From NCBI GenBank assembly GCA_030016715.1, contig JASEJD010000012.1:12917-44916 (forward strand): a DNA stretch of 32,000 nucleotides, written 5' to 3'. Source of the stretch: Methanobacteriaceae archaeon. GTDB taxonomy: Archaea > Methanobacteriota > Methanobacteria > Methanobacteriales > Methanobacteriaceae. The notes below the pieces were generated by a model, which saw only the letters and a program-made list of their open reading frames with translations, was not told the origin of the DNA and ran no database searches. Within the stretch, counting starts at the first letter, position 1. Every line of letters starts with the position of its first letter. The position numbers and the translations under genes are program-made. Below, piece by piece: positions 9,557 to 17,605 of this stretch.

Positions 9557-10801
9557 CTATTTCAAGAATGAAGTAATTAAAGTGCTTCTAAATAATACTA
9601 GAAGAACTAAAACAAATCCTATTGCAGTTTGCATATTTCCGACTATGTCTATTATGTTCGAACTTATAGGTAGATTCCATGGTGGAGATGTTCTTCCATC
9701 CGGTAGTGGGTCAAAATAAACACCAACAGCACGGGAACTCTCTTTTACATTGATATCTTTAGGTTCAACATAATTCACACCAACTAAAAGACCATTATCT
9801 ATACCTCGATTAATATCTTTGGCTATCTCATTTACATTGTAACCATCTTTTTTAACCGATGCTTTTACAATTTCCGTGGTGGTTTGAACTACTCCAGATT
9901 CATCAGTTCCATAAACAGAAACCAAAACACTTTCTGGAGTTACTGTGATGGCATCACCCAAAGCTTCATATGCATAAACTGTTTTTAGTGGAGTTCCATC
10001 TATGGGACAAGTCATGTAATTATCTGCTGAAGGAAAACCAATACCCCATCCATCTTCAGGACAAACCTTACGATATTCTTGGTTCATTGGAAATCCTGTC
10101 TCATTAACCTTCTGAGGAGTAAACATATCTCCCGTACTTACACTGGAAACCAAGTTAACTGCACCACCACCATATTTTTCACCAGCTTCTATGGATACCT
10201 TACCAAATACTTCACTCATAATTTCAGTGGCTGGATATCCATCCCGGATCATTTTTCCGATCATTATGGCAGTTTCTCGACGAACCCGTGTTGCAGTACC
10301 ATATTGCGGATTTCCATGGGTGTTTCTAAGATGTATTATAGCCCCTTTAGTACCTGGGGGTAAAACAGCTAGCCCACCTGAACGTGGAGTTACAGTTATA
10401 ACTCCATCGTTTGATACTTCAACTACATAAACATCGAATGATCCACCTACTGCAGCTCCTCCAGTAGGAGATCCAGTCATTATACGAATTCCTGGAAAAG
10501 AACTTGCAGCGCTTGCTGCTTCAGGGATTGTTGAACCAGATTCTAACCTTCTTAAAGTCTCAACGATAGCCTTAAGACGTGGAGTGGTATTTCCTTCCCC
10601 CCCAGATAGAACTGCGAAATGGTTTTCTTTGGACTCTAAAAAAGTTACTGAAAACATGTTTGGTGCAAAAGACATGCTACCTGCTGCAGCACCATTAGGA
10701 TCCTTTCCAGTTGGATCGGTAATGATTACACAATTCATTGTCGCAGCAGATGTGTTCATAAACATTATAAGGGTGACTATTAATACTAAAATCTTCTTCA
10801 A
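9557..10801 (-). CDS. hypothetical exported protein with signal peptide and C-terminal TM anchor
   Basis: 414 aa with a TTG start embedded in TATTGAAG, a 4-nt overlap with the upstream stop. A GGGGGGAGG SD lies just upstream. Signal-like N-terminus (M)KKILVLIVTLIMFMNTSAA. The ectodomain is rich in Gly/Ala/Thr/Pro. C-terminal helix AIGFVLVLLVLFRSTLITSFLK. I recognise no family. Confidence 0.7.
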   Translation of the reverse strand: MKKILVLIVTLIMFMNTSAATMNCVIITDPTGKDPNGAAAGSMSFAPNMFSVTFLESKENHFAVLSGGEGNTTPRLKAIVETLRRLESGSTIPEAASAASSFPGIRIMTGSPTGGAAVGGSFDVYVVEVSNDGVITVTPRSGGLAVLPPGTKGAIIHLRNTHGNPQYGTATRVRRETAIMIGKMIRDGYPATEIMSEVFGKVSIEAGEKYGGGAVNLVSSVSTGDMFTPQKVNETGFPMNQEYRKVCPEDGWGIGFPSADNYMTCPIDGTPLKTVYAYEALGDAITVTPESVLVSVYGTDESGVVQTTTEIVKASVKKDGYNVNEIAKDINRGIDNGLLVGVNYVEPKDINVKESSRAVGVYFDPLPDGRTSPPWNLPISSNIIDIVGNMQTAIGFVLVLLVLFRSTLITSFLK

Positions 10802-11232
10802 TAGCCTCCCCCCTTAATATCGGCTGTAGCGAAATCCTCAATAACATTAATGGTTACTATGCCTGTTTTAGTATCAACTTTAACATCGGCTGCGGCAATT
10901 GGAGCTATACGGGTACCTGATATGGTTGTTCGCATTGCAAATTGTTCTGCAGTTGCAATAGCTTCATTTAATGGCAAACTACGTTTGGAGGTCACCAATG
11001 TATCGCCATCAATATAACTTCCAGGTCTGAATCCAGCTGCCGCCACATTGGCCCTGATAGAATCTGTAGGAACTACATCATTACCTTTAATTATAACTCC
11101 TGCAATAGGAATACCTTCTGGTGTTTCAGTAGATGACGCATAAGCTATATAAGTCATGAGTCTACCGGAAACAATTAACATAAATGCTAATATAAGAATA
11201 ATTAGCGTATCTCTTCTTACTTTAATGAACAT
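10798..11232 (-). CDS. hypothetical bitopic membrane protein (N-terminal anchor, about 110-aa external domain)
   Basis: 144 aa. ATG with GGTG 6 nt upstream. TM helix at about residues 9-31 (TLIILILAFMLIVSGRLMTYIAYA). It is translationally coupled to the next gene. Confidence 0.65.
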   Translation of the reverse strand: MFIKVRRDTLIILILAFMLIVSGRLMTYIAYASSTETPEGIPIAGVIIKGNDVVPTDSIRANVAAAGFRPGSYIDGDTLVTSKRSLPLNEAIATAEQFAMRTTISGTRIAPIAAADVKVDTKTGIVTINVIEDFATADIKGGGY

Positions 11233-11344
11233 TTTTTACACCGTTTTAATGTAAATTTATCTTAACACCTATAAAAACTTAATTTCATGTATAAATAAAC
11301 TATATGTGGTAATGAGCATCTAAATAGTAATATATTATTAAATG

Positions 11345-12895
11345 TTAATTTTGGTCCAAGTAGGATTTTATATGATCTTTAGATTTAAATGCAGCTTCAC
11401 CAAGACATACCACAACATCAGCATCAGTTTCAAATGATTTTTTCAATCCTTCTAATACTTGTTCAGGTGTAGCTCCTAAAAGCCCTTTTCTAAATTCTGT
11501 GGGAATATGGTCTGTGAATATAATCTTAGAACTTGAATCATACTCCAAAGCAACTTTTCTACTGTGAAAAGAAGCAGGGATTACATATTCAACTAGATTA
11601 ATAGCTCTTTCTAAAATCTCGAAATCTCCACTAATTCCTGATTCTGAAGCAATGGTGATTACTGCCGCAATTTTTTTATCATTATATATCTTTTTTAATT
11701 CATTTAGTACTGTCTGAACCCCGTAAGGATTATGGCCATAATCAATAATTATATCTTTTCCCTGGAAATTCTGAATATATTCTAAACGTCCAGGCACTCC
11801 TTCAAATGATTTTACTGCATCTACTATATCATCATCTGAAATTTTAAAAAATTCCATAGCAGCAATTATAGAACCAACTGCATTGTATACATTGTGCAAA
11901 CCCAATATATTTAACTGGATATTAAGAGTTTTTTCAGGAGTTTGTAGGTTGAAACTTTTTTCATCAATATTAGTTGCTATATACATAGGTTTAGGTCTTT
12001 TAAGGCCGCATTCACATTCGTAGTAGCCAACTCCTGCGATCGTTTCGTTTAATAAAATATTGCGACCACACCAACATTTTTTAAGGTTTTCTTGAGTATG
12101 TTCATAGTCAACACCAAAAGTTATTAATTGACCATGATAATTAAAAGATTCAACCATACCCCATAGTGTGGGATCATCAGAATTGATTATTAACTGTTTG
12201 CCTTGGAGGTGTTTAATTAATTCACCTTTAACTCGAGCATAATCTAAAAATTCTCGAACACCATCTAAGTGATCTGGGGTTATATTGGTAATAATACCAG
12301 ATAATGGTTGACATCGATCAATAATGAACTGTAAATCACCTTCATTACCCATAATACCCGTTTCAAGAACAGCCACATCACCCCTTAGACGGGCTTGTAA
12401 GGGAGGTATATACTCAGCATTTCCCTGTAAATTCTTAAAACCGTGTTCTACTGGTTTTAAACCTGCATATCTACATATATGTTTTAATAAGGTAACTGTA
12501 GTGGTTTTTCCATTGGTTCCAGTAACAAAAAAAACAGGTTTTTGTGGTTGAAACATTTCTAAGATGTCTTCCACACTGATAATTTTTGTTTTATGATAAT
12601 TTTTAGAATTTTCTATATTTTTTTGAATATCTCTAAATAGTTTAGATGATTTTGATAAACTTATAGGCGGTATTAAATAATCCAAGGAATCAAAGAAAGT
12701 TTTAGGATGATCTTTAAAGTATAATTCAACATCATAGTCATTTAAAGTGTAAATATAATCACAGTCTTTTCGGGATTTTATGTCGGTTCCTTTTACTTTA
12801 TAACCATTATCCATTATGACACGAGCTGCTAGGTTACCTGTGGCACCACATATCCCTATAATACCAAACCATTCATTCATTTTTGGCACATCCAT
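11345..12895 (-). CDS. Mur-ligase-family protein (MurC/MurT-like), putative pseudomurein peptide ligase
   Basis: 516 aa. MurC/D-like Rossmann N-terminus FGIIGICGATGNLAARVIMDNGYKVKGTD, P-loop FFVTGTNGKTTT, central-domain ITNITPDHLD and C-terminal DYGHNPYG. Carries an inserted CWCG...CECG cluster. The alternative start at ATG 12880 (MNEWFG...) has the better SD (GGATGTG + 6 nt). Confidence 0.85.
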   Translation of the reverse strand: MDVPKMNEWFGIIGICGATGNLAARVIMDNGYKVKGTDIKSRKDCDYIYTLNDYDVELYFKDHPKTFFDSLDYLIPPISLSKSSKLFRDIQKNIENSKNYHKTKIISVEDILEMFQPQKPVFFVTGTNGKTTTVTLLKHICRYAGLKPVEHGFKNLQGNAEYIPPLQARLRGDVAVLETGIMGNEGDLQFIIDRCQPLSGIITNITPDHLDGVREFLDYARVKGELIKHLQGKQLIINSDDPTLWGMVESFNYHGQLITFGVDYEHTQENLKKCWCGRNILLNETIAGVGYYECECGLKRPKPMYIATNIDEKSFNLQTPEKTLNIQLNILGLHNVYNAVGSIIAAMEFFKISDDDIVDAVKSFEGVPGRLEYIQNFQGKDIIIDYGHNPYGVQTVLNELKKIYNDKKIAAVITIASESGISGDFEILERAINLVEYVIPASFHSRKVALEYDSSSKIIFTDHIPTEFRKGLLGATPEQVLEGLKKSFETDADVVVCLGEAAFKSKDHIKSYLDQN

Positions 12896-14291
12896 CCTTT
12901 ATTCCATTGATCATTGACTGTTTCACTTGATGGTAAGCACTAATTGCACCAGGGCCCACATGCAGAATTATATCTCCGGGAACAGAATATTTAACAGACA
13001 ATTCTGCTGCAGTTTTCATATCCTTTACTGCAACTTTTACTGCATCTGAATTTTTAGCCCCTTTTATAACTTCTTCTGCTGCACTCATATCTAATTTTTT
13101 GATACTTTCATTGAATCCACTGACTATAATGGCTTTACTATAATCTCCTAGAATTTTACCTATAGCTATTTTATCCCTAACAGTTATTCCATCAGGATTA
13201 TCAATAACTATAACCAATGGTTTTCCCTTAAAAAATTCAAGGCTGGTTTGAAGAACTTCTGGTAAATGGGCTGCATCTAAATATACTTCACGGTCACAGA
13301 AATTACCAAGATATTCCATGCGTCCTGGAACACCATTAAATTTGCTTAATGCATTGATGATGCTTTTTTTATCTATTCCATATTTTAATGCTGCTGTAGC
13401 TGCTCCAACTGCATTTTCAATGTAGTATAGAAATAATTTAAAATTAGTTTCAAATTCTCCTTTGATATCAGAAAAATCATATTTAATTTTGAGTTTAGAA
13501 TCTATTAATTCACCATTCACGTTGCAAGGATTCTTTATTTTAGAATCATTGGTACAGTACCATATAATATTATTATAACACTCCAATTTATCCATATATT
13601 CTTGGCATTGGGTATTTACTATTAAATTCTCACACATGTCCAGTATTAGACTTTTACGTTCCACATATTTTTCCATAGACCATTCAAATTCAGTTAAATG
13701 CTCAGGATAGATATTAGTAATTATACCCAGCTTAACTTCTAGTTTAGATAACAATCTTAATGTTCCATGAGGTAGTTCAAGAATAGCAATATCATTTTTC
13801 AGATGATGTCCTTGAATTATTCCATCAATTATGACTTCACTTAAAAGGTCGGCCATTTGTGATGAGCATGTCCATACTTTATAACCCGCCTGTTTAAAAA
13901 TTTCAGAAATAGTTAATGTAGTACTGGTTTTTCCAACAGATCCAGTTATCCCAATAACATCAATGTTTATCTCATTGTTAATTAATTCTCCAATGTAATG
14001 ATCTTTGACAATTTTAACATTATTTTTAGTTAATTCTTTTCTTATGGGAGAATTGAGGGGGACTGTGGGAGATATATACGCTAAATCAAAATCATTATAA
14101 TCTTCTACTGAATCAGGACCTAATTTAAGTGTTATACCACTTGATTCCATTTCTAGAAGGATATTCCTAACAAAATCTGGAAAATTATCAATGGATTTTT
14201 GATCGGTGACTACCACATCTATGCCGGTGTAATTTAATATCTTTGCTGCAGGACGTCCTGCATTTCCAGCGCCGATTACTAAACATTTCAT
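12873..14291 (-). CDS. Mur-ligase-family protein (MurD-like), putative pseudomurein peptide ligase
   Basis: 472 aa. MurD-like N-terminus MKCLVIGAGNAGRPAAKILNYTGIDVVVTD, P-loop VIGITGSVGKTSTT and ITNIYPEHL. Overlaps the next ligase gene. Confidence 0.85.
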   Translation of the reverse strand: MKCLVIGAGNAGRPAAKILNYTGIDVVVTDQKSIDNFPDFVRNILLEMESSGITLKLGPDSVEDYNDFDLAYISPTVPLNSPIRKELTKNNVKIVKDHYIGELINNEINIDVIGITGSVGKTSTTLTISEIFKQAGYKVWTCSSQMADLLSEVIIDGIIQGHHLKNDIAILELPHGTLRLLSKLEVKLGIITNIYPEHLTEFEWSMEKYVERKSLILDMCENLIVNTQCQEYMDKLECYNNIIWYCTNDSKIKNPCNVNGELIDSKLKIKYDFSDIKGEFETNFKLFLYYIENAVGAATAALKYGIDKKSIINALSKFNGVPGRMEYLGNFCDREVYLDAAHLPEVLQTSLEFFKGKPLVIVIDNPDGITVRDKIAIGKILGDYSKAIIVSGFNESIKKLDMSAAEEVIKGAKNSDAVKVAVKDMKTAAELSVKYSVPGDIILHVGPGAISAYHQVKQSMINGIKDGCAKNE

Positions 14292-14434
14292 TCATTGGCC
14301 TCATTTAATCTATAAAAATTATATTTGTTGGATATTATGATTTAGTATGCTGTCTTTTACAATAAATTTAATTCTAATTTCATTGGGAAAAAATATAGTA
14401 AATTTGATAGATTTTTATTAAGATTTTAATGAAC

Positions 14435-15595
14435 TTAATCATATAAAACTTTTTCACATTCAGTCACATTATTTATAATCTTTGTAAGATTATCAAAAGT
14501 CTCCATCCAAGAATTCATGATAAACTCATCATTTATACCTTCTGCATCTTTAGAAGCTAGATCTATTCTTATAGTTGGTGAACATCCAGGCATTCCTAAT
14601 GCGGCTATCGTTACAATTTTGAAATCCCTTAAAAGAAGCATGGCAAAAATACATGCCACATCTTGGTTTGATAAATTCGTTTTAATATTTCTTTTATGTA
14701 ATTCATCCATTAAACCTTCCGCAGTAAGCATAATTCCCGTAGGAGTTTCGGTTATGTTGTTAAATTCTTTTTTTAATGCTTGATAAATATCTTTCTTCTT
14801 TTCAAAGCCTTGAAGCATTTTTTCTGGCGTAAAATCCTCCAAAGCCCTGACCATACCTGCGATAATAGGAGGTTGAGCTTCTAATCCGAATTCATAAGCC
14901 TTTGATTTTATCTTCTGAATTAATTCCTTACTACCTGCCATAATGCCCCCACGGGGACCATTCATTAGTTTATATGTACTGGTTATTACGATATCTGCAC
15001 CCATATCTAAGGCACGTGGCTGCTTATAAATAATTGTACGCAGTCTAGCACCAGATGCATCATCCACAAAAACTGGAATACCTCTAGATTTAGCTATTTC
15101 AACTACTTTAACAAAATCTTCCTTTTCAATGATATCATGGTCCATGGTTGAACCAGTGATCATAACCAGCGAAGTCTTTTCTGATATATGGAATTCATCA
15201 ATATTATCAAATTCCTTATAAGTTCCACCAACCAGTTTTATACTCCGGGGAGTGGCTGGGTGTGAAGGAGACTTTTGAAGATAATGTACTACTTCATCAC
15301 CTTTTTTCACCAGAGCCAGTATAGTTGCCAGTATCCCTGCTGTAGTTCGATTAAAAGCTAATATTTTCTCTCCACCTAGGTGTATTTTTCCTAACTCTTC
15401 CAAACGTTCTTTGAATATGGCTGGTCCCACATATGTTTCTAAAATTTCCATATCCTCTTTTTTTATAGGAAATCCGCCTCCCAGACCAGTTAGGTCATAA
15501 AGACTATTTCTCCCATTTTTTGAAATTTCTGATCTTATTATTCTAAGACCGGCCTCTCTTTTTTTTACCTCGTCTTCAGATGATAAAAGAAGCAT
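14435..15595 (-). CDS. fold-type-I PLP enzyme, SelA-like (MJ0158/UPF0425-type)
   Basis: GADIVITSTYKLMNGPRGGIMAGSKELIQKI parallels the SelA block [28 protein letters not shown], with the Lys of STYK as the predicted PLP lysine, and VDDASGA lies upstream of it. I prefer the ATG at 15595 (MLLLSSEDEVKKRE...) because GGAGGAGTGG sits just upstream. The track start at 15622 has no SD. Confidence 0.7.
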   Translation of the reverse strand: MLLLSSEDEVKKREAGLRIIRSEISKNGRNSLYDLTGLGGGFPIKKEDMEILETYVGPAIFKERLEELGKIHLGGEKILAFNRTTAGILATILALVKKGDEVVHYLQKSPSHPATPRSIKLVGGTYKEFDNIDEFHISEKTSLVMITGSTMDHDIIEKEDFVKVVEIAKSRGIPVFVDDASGARLRTIIYKQPRALDMGADIVITSTYKLMNGPRGGIMAGSKELIQKIKSKAYEFGLEAQPPIIAGMVRALEDFTPEKMLQGFEKKKDIYQALKKEFNNITETPTGIMLTAEGLMDELHKRNIKTNLSNQDVACIFAMLLLRDFKIVTIAALGMPGCSPTIRIDLASKDAEGINDEFIMNSWMETFDNLTKIINNVTECEKVLYD

Positions 15596-16160
15596 TTTTC
15601 CACTCCTCCATATTAAAGCCATTATTTTTAATTGTTTCAGATAAAATTGAATTCATTTTATCATAAAAATAACCATTTAGAAAGTTAAAATCTTTTTTAA
15701 GAGGATAAATGATCTCTTGTTTTGATTTTGAGTTTAAACCTATTTTTTTCATTTTATTTTTCCCTTGAACTTTTTAGAAGGTAATAAATCTTTCAGGATA
15801 AATAATCTGTTCATAATTCCATTCAGAGATAATAAATAATTCAAAGACTTTATTTAATTCATTGATTTACACTTTATTATTTAATAATAAATACTTAAAA
15901 TTAAAGAAGCTATTAAATTCAATTATTTTTGAAAATATTTAATAAATCCTAAATACTAGAGATTTACAGAAGATTTAATAATAAATAGATAAGCTTCTTC
16001 AATTAACTAATGATCCTAGATTTTCTTCTCTTCATATAATGTAATATTATAATATTTTAATGTTTGTATGTTTAAGTTATGTAGAGTTTAAGATACATTT
16101 TTTCTTCTAATTATTAATTAACATTTAGTTATTATGGTATATAAGTTATAATAAATATTT

Positions 16161-17597
16161 TTATAGTTCTAACTCCTTTAAGACAGATTTAACTACTTCT
16201 TGTGCAGGATCCATACCCTGGGCTCCAATTAATAAAATAGTATCATTTTTATGTGCCGATGATAGTGCAAATTTGATGGCATCATATAATTTATTCCTAA
16301 ATAAAAAATTTATATTCTCTTTTTTTAATTCTTCAAGATAAGATTCTTTTTCATCTTCAGTTACTGTGTTGGCCTGATCCACCACATCAATACTGCTGGT
16401 AATGACCAGTTTAAAATCATGACTTCTTAGTATATTAGTTTTTAATCCTTTAATAAGGGCTTTTGCATTTAATTGATTAATTTCCCTACCCCTAGAACCT
16501 CTAATGGCAGAAACTATGATTATTGTGGAATTTGATTTTAAGGGAATATTTTTTATGGTGGCCATTATACCATCTGGATTGTGGGCAAAATCATCAATAA
16601 TCAAGGGATTTTGATTTAGAATAGAAAATCGACGATCCAAAGCTTGGTAGGAAACAATTCCCTTCTTTATACTTTTATTATCAATACCTAAAGCTATTGC
16701 CGCACCCACTGCTGCCATTATGTTACAGATGAAATGCTGGCTTTTAAAAGGTAAATCATTTTCTTTGATTAACAATTTATCATCATAGTAAATTCCTTCA
16801 CCTTGAAAGTATAAGTCACCCTTTCCAAAAAGTATGTATTCATTATTTGTAAGATAATCCTTCATTTTAAAAACAAGAGAATCAAGAGCATTTAGCACTG
16901 CAACTCCTTTATTTAATGCCTTTATAGAACCAGATGTTTCTTTAAACATCTCATCAATTGATTTCACCAAATTTACATGATCTAAAGCAATATTTGTTAC
17001 AACAACAACATCCGGACTTACTGCTTCTGTCATCATATAAGCATGGTTTTCCATCAGCCTATCCGGTAATCCTTGCACTTCAGATACCTCAATAACTAAA
17101 TATTCGATATTTTGACCATACTGGGCAATTTGTTTAGATACCATTGGATCAATTAATGTGTTAAATTCTGATTGAGCATCAGTATTACAATAAGTCGAAA
17201 AACCAGCCTCATTAAGGATATTATAAAGTAAATGGGCTGTTGTAGACTTTCCATTAGTACCAGTTACAACCACTCGTTTTGAGTTATTAGCAAAACTTTC
17301 AACTGCCCATTTAAGGGCAAATGCATTGGCAATTTCAATTCTTTTCACAGTGATTAAAGAAACACCCATTTCTTCGGCAACATCAATAGCATGCCCCCGA
17401 GGATCTTCAGTTATAATGCATGAAACATTCTTTTCTGCAGCAATTTTTACACCAATTTCATCAATCCAATACCTAATTACTGCATCACCAGGAGATGCAC
17501 TATTTAAAAAATTGAATATGCCCTTTATACTGTGATCTGGACCATATAAATTTCCATTGATCATCTGTGCGAGTAATGATGTTTTTAATTTGGTCAT
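16161..17597 (-). CDS. Mur-ligase-family protein (MurE/MurF-like), putative pseudomurein peptide ligase
   Basis: 478 aa. MurF/E-like N-terminal domain, P-loop VVVTGTNGKSTTAHLL, VTNIALDHV and C-terminal DDFAHNPDG. The gap after the MraY-like gene is 8 nt, with GTGATC as the SD. Confidence 0.85.
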   Translation of the reverse strand: MTKLKTSLLAQMINGNLYGPDHSIKGIFNFLNSASPGDAVIRYWIDEIGVKIAAEKNVSCIITEDPRGHAIDVAEEMGVSLITVKRIEIANAFALKWAVESFANNSKRVVVTGTNGKSTTAHLLYNILNEAGFSTYCNTDAQSEFNTLIDPMVSKQIAQYGQNIEYLVIEVSEVQGLPDRLMENHAYMMTEAVSPDVVVVTNIALDHVNLVKSIDEMFKETSGSIKALNKGVAVLNALDSLVFKMKDYLTNNEYILFGKGDLYFQGEGIYYDDKLLIKENDLPFKSQHFICNIMAAVGAAIALGIDNKSIKKGIVSYQALDRRFSILNQNPLIIDDFAHNPDGIMATIKNIPLKSNSTIIIVSAIRGSRGREINQLNAKALIKGLKTNILRSHDFKLVITSSIDVVDQANTVTEDEKESYLEELKKENINFLFRNKLYDAIKFALSSAHKNDTILLIGAQGMDPAQEVVKSVLKELEL

Positions 17598-17605
17598 TTA
17601 GATCA

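Noticed and set aside
10079-10817. Three plus-strand ORFs (94, 79 and 77 aa)
   Set aside because: They are shadow ORFs opposite the relatively G+C-rich exported-protein gene. Long antisense open frames are expected there, because richer G+C lowers stop-codon frequency.
15901-16003. Inverted repeat AAGAAGCT ... AGCTTCTT about 80 nt apart in the AT-rich spacer
   Set aside because: It is only 8 bp and is built around the AGCT palindrome, with a very long unstructured A/T loop. It is unlikely to be a stable RNA or a specific site. I note it under the spacer finding only as context.
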